Shown: positions 19,313 to 29,293 of the stretch, one piece after another
Layout of the letters: each line of letters begins with the position of its first letter
How positions within the stretch are numbered: the first letter of the stretch is position 1
Assembly (NCBI GenBank): GCA_903944345.1
Contig: CAJARJ010000009.1
Span: 1,875 to 65,874 of the forward strand
Source: Candidatus Omnitrophota bacterium
Lineage (GTDB): Bacteria > Omnitrophota > Gorgyraeia > Zapsychrales > Fredricksoniimonadaceae
Length of the DNA: 64,000 nucleotides
Reading direction: 5' to 3'
Notes under the pieces: generated by a model
The model's input: the letters and a program-made list of their open reading frames with translations, nothing else
What the model was told of the DNA's origin: nothing
Databases searched by the model: none
Program-made: the position numbers and the translations under genes

Positions 19313-19975
19313 TTACCACGACTCAGCAAAACCTTCACTGGCAGAGAACGTAATCAATCTGCCTGCCAGTTCCATGAAAGAAAAGCCACATGCCGTCTGA
19401 ATCCATTCCAATGTTCTGCAATGATAGAAAATAACATGCGTCGGGTCGTTCTTGTAATACCAGCTTTTGAAATCAACTTCCTCACTATAAATATGCGTCA
19501 TACATATAAGCGAGCCTCCCGGCTTCAAAAGTGACCTCAAGAGGGCAAATTCACGATAAGGATAATAAAAATGTTCCATCACTTCGCAACAAACAATAAA
19601 GTCATAGGTTCTCTGCAACTTCTCCGGATGGTTACAGAAAATAGGGTCGTAAAGCTCAATCTTATACCCCTTCTCGCCTAACAATTTGGCAATAACCGGA
19701 CCTGTCCCACACCCGAAATCCAGCCCTTGATGGCGGCCGGGAATAAATTTCTTCTCAACCTCCATCACGACCGGGGAAACAAAGTTCTGATAGGCAATAT
19801 CATCAACATCATTGTTATGGAGCAGGTAACGGCGTTTTTCATCGTCTATCGAAAGACGTGCGGAAGGATGCAAAAATACTGCAAGACAACAACAACATTT
19901 ATAATACTTGCTATCCTCTGCCCCAAAAAGAGCTGACTGCCCCTGGCATAAAGGACAAAGGATCACATTTGTCAT
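19313..19975 (-). CDS. Class I SAM-dependent methyltransferase with N-terminal Cys/Zn-ribbon
   Basis: CPLC...CCCC, GLDFGCGTGP, CCEVMEHF and WYYKNDPTH motifs. Confidence 0.88.
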   Translation of the reverse strand: MTNVILCPLCQGQSALFGAEDSKYYKCCCCLAVFLHPSARLSIDDEKRRYLLHNNDVDDIAYQNFVSPVVMEVEKKFIPGRHQGLDFGCGTGPVIAKLLGEKGYKIELYDPIFCNHPEKLQRTYDFIVCCEVMEHFYYPYREFALLRSLLKPGGSLICMTHIYSEEVDFKSWYYKNDPTHVIFYHCRTLEWIQTACGFSFMELAGRLITFSASEGFAESW

Positions 19976-19987
19976 AGGAATTCTTCT

Positions 19988-21580
19988 TTAAACCGAAGGT
20001 GTATCCAGCAGCTTAACCAAAGGATTTCGGTCCACAAAATACCGAAAAGCCCAATCGGACTCAAACAACACCACCCGTCGCCTCTGATCATCCATTGCCA
20101 GGGCTGCCTCCCGCGGCAAACGCTCCGGTAGACCGGCTTCTTCTACAGACGAGTCCACCCATCGCAGAATCTTCCAAGGCTGAACCTCAAGCCTCGACTC
20201 GGCCCCGTATTCGTCCCGAAGCCTGTACTGCAAAACCTCAAACTGTAACGGCCCGACCGCTCCAAGTAACGGCGTCGCATGATGCGAACGATCAACCAGA
20301 AAAGATTGAACAATATCCTCAGCCAGAAGATGCTCAATCCCTTTACGAAAAGACTTGTAGCTGGAGGCCGTTGTGTTTTGCAAATAGGCAAAACACTCGG
20401 GCGCAAAACGGGGGATCTCCGAAAGAGTCAATTCCGGATCCGTACTGATCGTATCTCCTATACGAAAATCAAGCTTGGTCACAAACCCCATCACATCACC
20501 CGGATAGGCTTCAACCATGGCTTCCCGGCTGCGGCCAAAAAGGTTATACGAATCCGACAAACGAATTTCACGTTTTGAACGGGCATGATAGACCTTCATA
20601 TCCCGAAAGAAACGCCCGGAACAAACCCTCGCAAAAACCACCCGGTCTCTGTGCATCGGGTTCATATTGGTCTGAACTTTAAAAACAAATGCCGCAAAAT
20701 GTTCCCCATCAAGGGGAATCGTCTTGTCTTTTGTCCTGCGGGGCATCGGTGGCGGAGAAAACTGCAAAAACCCCTGCAAAAGAAATTCCACTCCGAAATT
20801 ATTGGCCGCACTTCCAAAGAAAACCGGAGTCGTCTTCCCCTGCAGAACAGCCTGACTGTCAAAACCGTCATGAGCACCATCCAGCATCTGCAATTCTTCG
20901 ACGACTTCATGATAACTGTCTTTGTTCAGCAAGTCTTTTACCATCGAATCGGAAAGATCATGGACAGAAACCGGAGCTCTGTAGGTGCCTCCCGGAACCC
21001 GTTCAAACAGGTGAACTTCTTTTTTGATACGGTCATAAATGCCCTTGAAATCTGGTCCGTTTCCCAAAGGCCAGTTCATGGGAAAGGCATGAATCTGAAG
21101 AACTTTTTCCAGCTGATCAATAAGTTCCAAAGAGGATTTCGCAAACCGATCAAGCTTGTTCATGAAGGTAAAAATCGGAATGCCCCTTTTCCGGCAGATC
21201 TGGAAAAGCTTGAGAGTCTGGCTCTCAATCCCTTTACCGGCATCGATGACCATGACCACCGCGTCAACTGCCATCAAAACCCTGTATGTATCCTCTGAAA
21301 AGTCCTTGTGTCCCGGCGTATCCAGCAAATTTAGACGATAATCCCCATAATCAAATTGCAAGAGTGTCGAAGATATCGAGATACCCCGCTGTTTCTCCAG
21401 TTCCATCCAGTCGGAAGCAGTCTCCCTCTGCCGCTTTTTAGCCGTAACTGAACCGGCCTGGTCCAAAGCACCGCCGTATAACAACAATTTCTCAGTCAGC
21501 GTTGTTTTCCCGGCATCCGGATGCGAAATGATCGCAAACGTTCTGCGCCGGGCAGCTTCTTTATTTATCTGATCTTTCAT
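19988..21580 (-). CDS. prfC: Peptide chain release factor 3
   Basis: RRRTFAIISHPDAGKTTLTEKLLLYG, SDWMELEKQRGISISS, DTPGHKDFSEDTYR and VGPLQFEV motifs. Confidence 0.97.
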   Translation of the reverse strand: MKDQINKEAARRRTFAIISHPDAGKTTLTEKLLLYGGALDQAGSVTAKKRQRETASDWMELEKQRGISISSTLLQFDYGDYRLNLLDTPGHKDFSEDTYRVLMAVDAVVMVIDAGKGIESQTLKLFQICRKRGIPIFTFMNKLDRFAKSSLELIDQLEKVLQIHAFPMNWPLGNGPDFKGIYDRIKKEVHLFERVPGGTYRAPVSVHDLSDSMVKDLLNKDSYHEVVEELQMLDGAHDGFDSQAVLQGKTTPVFFGSAANNFGVEFLLQGFLQFSPPPMPRRTKDKTIPLDGEHFAAFVFKVQTNMNPMHRDRVVFARVCSGRFFRDMKVYHARSKREIRLSDSYNLFGRSREAMVEAYPGDVMGFVTKLDFRIGDTISTDPELTLSEIPRFAPECFAYLQNTTASSYKSFRKGIEHLLAEDIVQSFLVDRSHHATPLLGAVGPLQFEVLQYRLRDEYGAESRLEVQPWKILRWVDSSVEEAGLPERLPREAALAMDDQRRRVVLFESDWAFRYFVDRNPLVKLLDTPSV

Positions 21581-21720
21581 TTATACCACCGCCATAAATT
21601 CGTTACAAAATGACCACCTGCTATCCGAGCACGCAAGCTGCCCATTACCGAACTACACCACACAACGTTATCTAAAGAAGAATGGAAACCGGGAATGGGA
21701 AAAAAGATCTACAAAGCCGC

Positions 21721-21819
21721 TTACGGTGGAGTAAGAAAGCAAAACAAAAAAGTTCTTCGGCGGTTTTGCAAAGAAATACTTGCTGCAGAAGTAAGCACTG
21801 CGCTTTTGATAAATTTCAT
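21721..21819 (-). CDS. Putative leader peptide (uORF) upstream of prfC, MKFIKSAVLTSAASISLQNRRRTFLFCFLTPP*
   Basis: 32-codon ORF whose ATG lies 9 nt downstream of a TATAAT box; ends CCA-CCG-TAA, 140 nt upstream of prfC. Confidence 0.4.
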   Translation of the reverse strand: MKFIKSAVLTSAASISLQNRRRTFLFCFLTPP

Positions 21820-21828
21820 AGGGGCAAT

Positions 21829-21855
21829 ATTATAGCAACCAGGCCGTTTTGTCAA
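21829..21855 (-). promoter_or_regulatory. Putative sigma70 promoter upstream of the prfC leader
   Basis: TTGACA(21855-21850)-15 nt-TATAAT(21834-21829) with extended -10 TGc; the spacer is short. Confidence 0.65.
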
Positions 21856-21938
21856 ACTCAAGACTGCCAGGCCCTGGGGATTAACGCGCAAAAATGAATT
21901 CCTCCAATAGTGGCTATCAGAAATCAGAGCAGGAAGCT

Positions 21939-22394
21939 TCAATTCATCCTGATCTTGAAAACCAGCTTGCGCACTTTGGTGGACTGCGACATATACTGAC
22001 AACACGGGCGATGGGCTTCACCTGGATACAAAAACACAAAAAAACCTTGTTTGACCACCAGGTCAGTGGGCTGACCCGCAGCAGAGAAAAACCTGATATC
22101 CTTTTGCGAATCGTATTCGGTCAAAGGAGCAAGCACTTCACTTGAAACCAACTGTATCACCTCTACCCCGTCAACAACGTACTGAAGGTCGGCATAAACC
22201 TGATGCGTTTCAAAATTAGCTTGTGTTGCAGGCCGGGTCGTATAGACCGAGGGCCGAACAAACAGACGACGACCGTCTATAACAATCTCTTCTTGATCCA
22301 AGGCCAACAGATCGGTCGCTTGCAGGTACGCCGATATCTCTGCAGCCATCGGGATATTGTAACGAGACAAATTCCGGATATCATCCAGGATCAT
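21939..22394 (-). CDS. YhcH/YjgK/YiaL (NanQ-like) family protein
   Basis: FETHQVYADLQYVVDGVE, YDSQKDIRFF, LYPGEAHRPC and VRKLVFKI motifs. Confidence 0.9.
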   Translation of the reverse strand: MILDDIRNLSRYNIPMAAEISAYLQATDLLALDQEEIVIDGRRLFVRPSVYTTRPATQANFETHQVYADLQYVVDGVEVIQLVSSEVLAPLTEYDSQKDIRFFSAAGQPTDLVVKQGFFVFLYPGEAHRPCCQYMSQSTKVRKLVFKIRMN

Positions 22395-23275
22395 AACTCC
22401 TCTTCCCTGGGCGCAGCTGCTTTGTTTTGCAATCGCACCCTGGCTCGCAACAGTTCAAAATGCTCCGGACGACAAAGAATATAGAAATCCCTGAACCGCC
22501 ACGGACTCTCACCAGTTTCAAAAAGTTCAACAGAAAGCTGATCCAGCGGACGGCCTGTCCGGAATGAAAACATCTTAAGCCCGGCTTTTTCAAAGATCGG
22601 CCATGATCCTGCCATATCCCACAGATAAACACGTGACAACGAGCCGCAGCCACGGCCTATGGCCGGCCAGCAAAACTCGCAAACCGCCGCACTAAAAATC
22701 ATGACGCGGCAGTCCGGGGAGTCCCAGACAAACTCCTTCAAGAGCTCATCCGTACAAATAAAGACGGACACACTGGAAATATCCTGCCGGCTTCCGACCA
22801 CAGGACGGGCAATGGCCTTATCAGTAAAAGGATGCCTGACAAAATAGGCATTTTTTCCGTCACAATAGAAAAGCTCATCCAGAGACGGAAAAAGCACCGC
22901 TCCCATCCATGGCCGTCCGTTCTTGACCAGCCCGAGAGAAATTCCATAATGCGGCATACGATTGGCATAGGCCCGGGTGGCATCAATAGGATCGATGGCC
23001 CAAAGATAAGGAATGTGCTCGAGCTTGCCCTTGTGCAACATGCTTCCGCGCAAAGGATCTTCTTCATCAACCAAAAAATGTTCTCCGGTTGCAAGCAAAG
23101 GGTCCAGAACCCGATGCGCCAAAGCAGAGATACTGCGATCCGCGATGGTAATAACAGACGCATCTGCCTTCAGGTCCGGAGAACTTTCGTCTATAAGCCC
23201 CAAAGCCACCTTGCCGGCTTCGTGAACAAGATCCAGCATTATTTGACATAAATACGATTGATCTGATGAACTCAT
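22391..23275 (-). CDS. Inositol monophosphatase (FIG) family protein
   Basis: KADASVITIAD, DEE, WAIDPIDATRAY and LWDMAG motifs. Confidence 0.88.
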   Translation of the reverse strand: MSSSDQSYLCQIMLDLVHEAGKVALGLIDESSPDLKADASVITIADRSISALAHRVLDPLLATGEHFLVDEEDPLRGSMLHKGKLEHIPYLWAIDPIDATRAYANRMPHYGISLGLVKNGRPWMGAVLFPSLDELFYCDGKNAYFVRHPFTDKAIARPVVGSRQDISSVSVFICTDELLKEFVWDSPDCRVMIFSAAVCEFCWPAIGRGCGSLSRVYLWDMAGSWPIFEKAGLKMFSFRTGRPLDQLSVELFETGESPWRFRDFYILCRPEHFELLRARVRLQNKAAAPREEEL

Positions 23276-24003
23276 AACCGCTCAACTTTCCCGGCCGGAA
23301 TCCAGCCTGTTTTCCCGTCAAAACGTTCAATTTTAGCCCACCCCTCCTGTTGACGAAGAATCCTGACTTCACCTCCAGCCAGGACATTAAAATAAACCGT
23401 GGCCTTATTAGATGGTTCAAAACGGGCCTCAGCCGCGGCAATCACAACGCCTTCATTTTTTTCCAACACAATTCGATAGGCTGTACTCATCGCGAGCACG
23501 CACCAGAAAGCCGCTCCCAACGCCGTCAGAATGATCAATCTGCGACGCGCCACATGAAAAAAAACAACATAAAGACCACTCACACCCAGCAACATAAACA
23601 AAGCAACTAAAAGCCATTCAAGTTCTTCGGTCGTCAGACGTTCCAGAAACAAATCCAGGCGAGATAGAATTCCGTGGCGCGGTGCATGAGCGTCATTGAC
23701 AAAGCCCCTGGCCAGATACAGATTGGCCCGGATATCCGCATCCCGAGGGTCAAGTCTGAAAGCTCGACGATACGATAGAATCGCCTCCCCAATATTCCCT
23801 ACCCGAAAATAACTGTTTCCCAAATTAAAGTATACCGGAGCACTGATCTGACAATCCTCAAGCAATTCTCTGTAAATCACAATAGCTTGCTGATAATCTG
23901 CCTTTTTATATGCCTCTCCTGCAGCCTGAAAATTTGCGGCCCAGGAGCATGATACAGCAAAGAAAAAAATACCTGCCAGAAAAAAAAGCGCCGCTTTTCT
24001 CAT
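23272..24003 (-). CDS. batE: BatE-like TPR + transmembrane + SH3 protein
   Basis: Signal peptide, TPR (YFNLGNSYFR), two TM helices, C-terminal SH3b-like WAKIE..DGKTGWIP; position in the Bat operon. Confidence 0.85.
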   Translation of the reverse strand: MRKAALFFLAGIFFFAVSCSWAANFQAAGEAYKKADYQQAIVIYRELLEDCQISAPVYFNLGNSYFRVGNIGEAILSYRRAFRLDPRDADIRANLYLARGFVNDAHAPRHGILSRLDLFLERLTTEELEWLLVALFMLLGVSGLYVVFFHVARRRLIILTALGAAFWCVLAMSTAYRIVLEKNEGVVIAAAEARFEPSNKATVYFNVLAGGEVRILRQQEGWAKIERFDGKTGWIPAGKVERL

Positions 24004-25799
24004 TTCAAACGCCTTTCCAGTAAACGAAGCACCTCTTTTACAACTGCCAAATCCCTGTCCATCTTTTCTTCAGAGAATCCCGCTCCGGCAAAACGCACCA
24101 GATCTGCAGCCTCTCCGATTGCTTTCACCTCAGCTATACTCTTTGCATCAATACCGGCCTTTGCAAGCATCTGCTCAACTGATAAATCTTTCTCCCCCGG
24201 CCCCAGCGGAACGCTTTCCAACAAGAAATTATGTAAAGTTCCCGATAACAAACCATAAAATGCGGAAGAATTCCCTGCATCTTTCGCCTTTTGCGCTTCT
24301 TCCAGTTTCTTTCTGGCGCGCCCCGGAGCCCGGACACGCATCGCAAAAGACCTGTCTTTGTGCAGTCTCCGGCGATAAAAGAGAAAACCATAAACCCCTA
24401 CCCATAAAAACACATAGGTAAGCAGGACAACCAGGATCGGCCGGCCAACCCAAGAAGAAGAACATTGACGCTGTTTACCAGGATAGTCTTTGATAAAAAC
24501 AATATCCTTCCCAAGAACGTCCATACTCGCTCCCCGCTCAGGCTGCGGCAAAGCCGTCACCTGGAACTCTTCCGCGGCAGAAACCGCCGTTACCTTTAAA
24601 GGAAATGGTCCGCGCGTTTGGATAAGATATTCGCCCCGGACGGGATCAAAACTTGAAAATGACAAAGCCGGAATCTGCCCGATATCGTCCCGCGTCGGCA
24701 TAATAACCTGTTCGAGATATTTAACTCGGTTCTGTTCGCGGATCACCGGATCATAAACCTTAAACCCGTCTGCCTTGAAAACCGGAAATCTTAAATTCTG
24801 ATAAGACCCTGTACCCGATAACGACATCTTGATGGTCACTGGATCTCCAACCTTGACTTCAAGGGGGGAAACATCCACAGTAAACTCGAAATCTCCGACC
24901 GCCCCTGAAAAATCCTGGGGCTGCCCCGTCTGGGGCAAATCCAGGACTTCAAGTTCAAACAGAGCCGAGCTGAAAGATACCGGACGTCTCTGGTAAGCAC
25001 CGAACATCCCGCCAAAAAAAGCATCATCAAACATCCCGCCTCTGTTTTGAGGTGCCTTGTAAAGATGATTGGCATTAACCCGCAACGGACCAGCCTGGAT
25101 GTGTCCCGAACGCAAAGGCGTTAGCGCCGAACGAAACTCGACTACCTGATAACGAACTCCATCGAGAAGCTCTTCACCTTGACGAGGCTGAACAAAATCG
25201 CCAAGTTCAATTCCGGGAGTCTCAATCTGCGGCAAAGAAATGTTGTCAAGTGGAACATTTCGCACATAAAGTCTGGCCATAAAGGGAATCTGCTCCCCCA
25301 GATAAAACTTCTTTTGCGGCAAAAAGACCAGCAATTTGACCATTTCAGCAAGATTTTCCGGTGAAGAAGAAACCTCTGACGAACTTCCGTTCCCGGAAGA
25401 AGCAGGAACGACCTCCAGCACAAGAGGCTCTGTCCGGTACGTCTCCCCCTTGAGCGTAACTTCCAGAACAGGAATCACAACCTTGCCTTCTTTCAGTGGC
25501 AGGAGCTCGTAATTAAAAATTTCTGTCGTTGAGTACTCCCCGTTAACCACTACAATACGGTTGGATGTTCCCAGGAAACGCACCTCAACACCGTCTAGAG
25601 CCGGCAAAGATACCGGATTGACCTCCTGAGTGCCATGAACCGATAACGACAAATCAACAGCCGATCCAACCGCAGTTCGGGACGACGAAAGCTCGGCCTG
25701 AAAAGACACATCCTCCGCCCGACAGATGTAAAAAGGCACAATAAGGATCAGTATTGTCAACAGACAACTATTAAAAAAACCTGAAACCATGCTTTTCAT
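24000..25799 (-). CDS. batD: BatD family protein
   Basis: Signal peptide, beta-rich repeats, FSGAVGDF, SFSSFDP, single TM near the C-terminus. Confidence 0.88.
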   Translation of the reverse strand: MKSMVSGFFNSCLLTILILIVPFYICRAEDVSFQAELSSSRTAVGSAVDLSLSVHGTQEVNPVSLPALDGVEVRFLGTSNRIVVVNGEYSTTEIFNYELLPLKEGKVVIPVLEVTLKGETYRTEPLVLEVVPASSGNGSSSEVSSSPENLAEMVKLLVFLPQKKFYLGEQIPFMARLYVRNVPLDNISLPQIETPGIELGDFVQPRQGEELLDGVRYQVVEFRSALTPLRSGHIQAGPLRVNANHLYKAPQNRGGMFDDAFFGGMFGAYQRRPVSFSSALFELEVLDLPQTGQPQDFSGAVGDFEFTVDVSPLEVKVGDPVTIKMSLSGTGSYQNLRFPVFKADGFKVYDPVIREQNRVKYLEQVIMPTRDDIGQIPALSFSSFDPVRGEYLIQTRGPFPLKVTAVSAAEEFQVTALPQPERGASMDVLGKDIVFIKDYPGKQRQCSSSWVGRPILVVLLTYVFLWVGVYGFLFYRRRLHKDRSFAMRVRAPGRARKKLEEAQKAKDAGNSSAFYGLLSGTLHNFLLESVPLGPGEKDLSVEQMLAKAGIDAKSIAEVKAIGEAADLVRFAGAGFSEEKMDRDLAVVKEVLRLLERRLK

Positions 25800-26737
25800 T
25801 ACCAGTCTTTCTGTACAGTTGCGTGGTCACGACTTTTACGAATAAAATTCAGCATCCCGCGGGGGAGCTCGCTTTGCTCAAGATCCTCCAGCATCCCTTC
25901 CGCCTCTTGCCGGGATAGTTGCTGGGCATCCTCTGCATTTTGCTCGCCAGAAGGTTTATCCGAGTCCCCGGACATATGAGTCGCTTTCTGTTGCTCGCCT
26001 GAAGTCTGATTACCAGAGGAAGCCTGTTTTTGTTCTTGTTCCTCGTCCCGGGAACCGTCAGCCCTGAACTCGTCATTGCCCGGCTGCTCACCCGGCTGCT
26101 GATTTTTTTCGGAAGATTTCTCCTCTGGCGGAGAATTCTGCCCGGATCCTGATTGCCCCCGAGATTCTTGCGACTGTTCCTTCTGCGAAGAATTCTTGTC
26201 TTGTCTACTGCCACTCTGCTGCTGTTGCTGTTTCTGGCGAACACGCTCGATCTCTTTACGTACAAACTCCATATTGGTTCTAGCCTGGATATCTTCACTA
26301 TCGATAGCCAAGGCACTTTCATATGAAGAAACCGCCTGTTCAAAACCGTTTAATGCAACTTTCGGATCGGTCTGCTCCGAAGTCAAAGCGGAACGATAAA
26401 GAGCATTGCCCAGATTAAAATGAACACTCTGCCGGAAGTCATCATCATCAGTCAAAAGAGCTTTTTCAAAATACCCGATAGCCTGATCATACTCACTACT
26501 CTTGTAGAGCGCAGCACCTGTATTATAGGCCACTTCTGCTGAAGACGGCGATTTCAAAGCAGCCTTCGCATAATGATCGACCGCTTCCTTGTAACGCCCT
26601 GAGGCAAATTTCCTGTTACCTGCTAAAACCTCTCCCCTTGCAGGAACATAAAAGTCTGCCCGTGCCTTCAGACAATGCAACGTACCCGCTAGCGCCAGAA
26701 CAACGAAAATCATCCCAATCCTGAAAAAATATGACAT
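25799..26737 (-). CDS. batC: BatC-like TPR protein with Gln/Ser/Glu-rich tail
   Basis: TPRs (YNTGAALYK, FNLGNALYR), low-complexity Q/S/E linker, C-terminal KDW; TAATG overlap with batB. Confidence 0.85.
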   Translation of the reverse strand: MSYFFRIGMIFVVLALAGTLHCLKARADFYVPARGEVLAGNRKFASGRYKEAVDHYAKAALKSPSSAEVAYNTGAALYKSSEYDQAIGYFEKALLTDDDDFRQSVHFNLGNALYRSALTSEQTDPKVALNGFEQAVSSYESALAIDSEDIQARTNMEFVRKEIERVRQKQQQQQSGSRQDKNSSQKEQSQESRGQSGSGQNSPPEEKSSEKNQQPGEQPGNDEFRADGSRDEEQEQKQASSGNQTSGEQQKATHMSGDSDKPSGEQNAEDAQQLSRQEAEGMLEDLEQSELPRGMLNFIRKSRDHATVQKDW

Positions 26738-27744
26738 TATCCGGTCATCCTTTTGGTGGACAGAAGCGTTTCCAGAACAATCAGAAGCAACGCACCTGAA
26801 AGAAACCACTGGAATCTTTCATGATATTTACGCTCCACATCACTGTCAATATCCCTGCGCTCCAGAAGAGCCAAATGCTGATCGTAAAGATACTCCAGTC
26901 CAGACTCCGCCCCTCCGGCCCGAATATAAACACCTCCGCTGACAGCAGCGATTTCCTTCAAAAGATTTTCATTTAACCTGGATTTGACCGCATTCCCGTC
27001 TTTGTCCTTAAGATACTCTGGCTGGCCCTGATCATTGATCAACCTGATCAGCTCGCCCTCTTTGGTTCCCATGCCTACGGTATAAATTCTGATCCCTTTC
27101 TCCGCTGCCGCTCTGGCCGCCTTCAAAGGATCACCTTCGAGGCTCTCTCCGTCTGTAATAACAATAACAACCTTGAAGCGGGAGGGAATATCCGAATAGC
27201 CCTTAATCGCTTCCTGAATCGCCCGTTCAAGGCTTGTCCCACCACGCGGTATGGTGCCTGCCGAGAGGCTGTCCAGGGTAATCTGAACTCCGCTGTAATC
27301 TGTAGTCAGCGGACAAACAGGAAAGGCTTCTCCTGAAAAAGCGACCAGGCCAATCCGGTCCCCTTTGAGCTTCCGGATCAAATCCTTGACCGCGAACTTT
27401 GTTCGTTCCAGACGGCTTGGACGTATATCTTCGGTGAGCATGCTACGGGATGTGTCTATAGCAACCACGATGTCCAGCCCCTGACGTTGATTCTTTTGCC
27501 ATTCAAACCCCCACTGGGGACGCGCCAGAGCAGAAAAAATCAGGACAAAAGCCGCAACCAGCATAATATTTTTCAAAACAAAAAGCTGTTCGCTATACCC
27601 TTGCAGCAGCTCTCCCAACAAGTGGTCATGCGTAAGACGTTTAAGAATTTTTCGTCTGTATCTGGCCAAAAACAAAACCAGAAAAACGAAAACCGGAACT
27701 AGAATCAACATCCAAACAAAAAGATCAGGCCTGGCAAAACGCAT
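26737..27744 (-). CDS. batB: BatB-like VWA domain protein
   Basis: ALARPQWG, MIDAS DTSRSM, PSRLER, CPLTTDY and ITDGE motifs. Confidence 0.9.
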   Translation of the reverse strand: MRFARPDLFVWMLILVPVFVFLVLFLARYRRKILKRLTHDHLLGELLQGYSEQLFVLKNIMLVAAFVLIFSALARPQWGFEWQKNQRQGLDIVVAIDTSRSMLTEDIRPSRLERTKFAVKDLIRKLKGDRIGLVAFSGEAFPVCPLTTDYSGVQITLDSLSAGTIPRGGTSLERAIQEAIKGYSDIPSRFKVVIVITDGESLEGDPLKAARAAAEKGIRIYTVGMGTKEGELIRLINDQGQPEYLKDKDGNAVKSRLNENLLKEIAAVSGGVYIRAGGAESGLEYLYDQHLALLERRDIDSDVERKYHERFQWFLSGALLLIVLETLLSTKRMTG

Positions 27745-27755
27745 AGTCTTAAACC

Positions 27756-28754
27756 TCAGGGAATCTGCAGTAACAAAGTCCGCCCCACTACAAGCTCTAC
27801 TAACAACAGGCAGAGCACTCCCAGCAACAGCATCCAGAAATACTCGTCATACTGCCTGAAACCGGTTTCGTCAAACCGGGCTTTCTCCAAACGATCAATC
27901 TGCTGGTAGACTGCCGACAGGGATTCCGCGTCCGTTGCACGGAAATACTGCCCCCCGGTCATGTTGGCAATCTGCTCCAGTGACGTTTCATCAATATCGA
28001 TCTTGACGTTTTGATAGGACTTACGCCCGAAAACATCAACCACAGGGTACGGCGCCATGCCGCGCGTCCCCGCACCAATCGTATAAACCTTGATGCCAAA
28101 AGCCTTGGCCATCCTGGCCGCGGCCAACGGGGTAACCCGTCCGGCATTATTAATTCCGTCCGTCAATAAAACAATAATCCGGGCGCCATCCTTAACATCC
28201 CTTAACCGGCTTACCCCGGCCGCAATAGCCGAACCGATTGCCGTTCCATCTTCCATAAGACCAAAATCTATCCGTTCCAGATTCAGTTCAAGCCACGAAT
28301 GATCCAAAGTTAAGGGAGAAACAGGATACGGTCTTGCGGCAAACGCCACTAACCCGATCCGGTCGTCTGTGCGCTGATTAATAAATGTTTTGACAACTGT
28401 CTTGACCACACTCAACCGGCTCTGGCGTTTGCCGGCAAGAACGAAATCTTCTGCCGCCATACTGGTAGAAACATCCAGGGCCAGAAGGATATTGATCCCC
28501 TCAGAAACCGACTTGCTGTCAGCCGTAAGCGCACGCGGGCCGGCAATCGCCACCATAAGCAGAACCACTGCACATAAACGCAAAATAAAAGGCAAGAACG
28601 CAAGTCTCATCCGCCAGGTGACTGGCGATCCGGCAAAAAAAGTTTCCTGCGGCAGAGTAAAAGCCGGAAGAAGACGCCGACGATAAAAATAAACAAGAAC
28701 AAAAATCATCAACGGGATAAAAAAAAGAACCTCCGGATTGCGAAAAACAATCAT
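27756..28754 (-). CDS. batA: BatA-like VWA domain protein
   Basis: MIDAS DVSTSM, DRIGLVAFA, SPLTLDH, DGTAIGSAI and LLTDGINNAG motifs. Confidence 0.9.
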   Translation of the reverse strand: MIVFRNPEVLFFIPLMIFVLVYFYRRRLLPAFTLPQETFFAGSPVTWRMRLAFLPFILRLCAVVLLMVAIAGPRALTADSKSVSEGINILLALDVSTSMAAEDFVLAGKRQSRLSVVKTVVKTFINQRTDDRIGLVAFAARPYPVSPLTLDHSWLELNLERIDFGLMEDGTAIGSAIAAGVSRLRDVKDGARIIVLLTDGINNAGRVTPLAAARMAKAFGIKVYTIGAGTRGMAPYPVVDVFGRKSYQNVKIDIDETSLEQIANMTGGQYFRATDAESLSAVYQQIDRLEKARFDETGFRQYDEYFWMLLLGVLCLLLVELVVGRTLLLQIP

Positions 28755-29293
28755 GCATCCCCCTCCCCGGCTGGCGGAAAACTGCCGGAAGAATTTACAG
28801 GGATAGTGCGCTCAATATACTTTCTGGCCAGCGCAAGAGCCCGGGACATTTCTTCCGTGGAAGTTCCATAACGGGCAAATTTGACCAGATCGCTAAGTGT
28901 CAACAAATCACGCAATAAATTACGATCCTCCTGGGGGAAAGAATCCTCCCTGGACACATACTCAAGAAATTCTTCGGTTGTACGCTCCGGAGCCGGCAGA
29001 TCAAAACGTAATTCAATATAAAATCGAACCACCTCTGAAAGATAAGAATAAAACTGTTTCATTTCATCGGTAGCATTCCAATGCCCTGCTTCAAGCTGAT
29101 CCAAAGACTCCAGCGCAGCCTGCCAGCAGGTCTTGCCCCCCAGCGGAGCAGTAAAAACTTGTGCTACTGACCGACGCCGACGGCTGAAAAAGAAGGCCAC
29201 CCCGACAAAAAAAACCAGAAAAAGCAGCAGAAAAGGCCACCACCCTAAAGGCAAGTCGACCGGGCCTCGAACATCATAAAATTCGGTATTCAT
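28751..29293 (-). CDS. DUF4381-like membrane protein of the Bat/MoxR cluster
   Basis: FYDVRGP, TM helix, ERTTEEFL and SDLVKFARY. Confidence 0.8.
   Translation of the reverse strand: MNTEFYDVRGPVDLPLGWWPFLLLFLVFFVGVAFFFSRRRRSVAQVFTAPLGGKTCWQAALESLDQLEAGHWNATDEMKQFYSYLSEVVRFYIELRFDLPAPERTTEEFLEYVSREDSFPQEDRNLLRDLLTLSDLVKFARYGTSTEEMSRALALARKYIERTIPVNSSGSFPPAGEGDA

Noticed and set aside
21721-22005. 94-aa ORF as listed in the track
   Set aside because: It overlaps the yhcH-like gene and runs through the promoter; only the 32-codon part from ATG 21819 is kept, as a tentative uORF.
25900-26240. Gln/Ser/Glu-rich low-complexity stretch
   Set aside because: A normal feature of BatC-type proteins, not a DNA repeat element.
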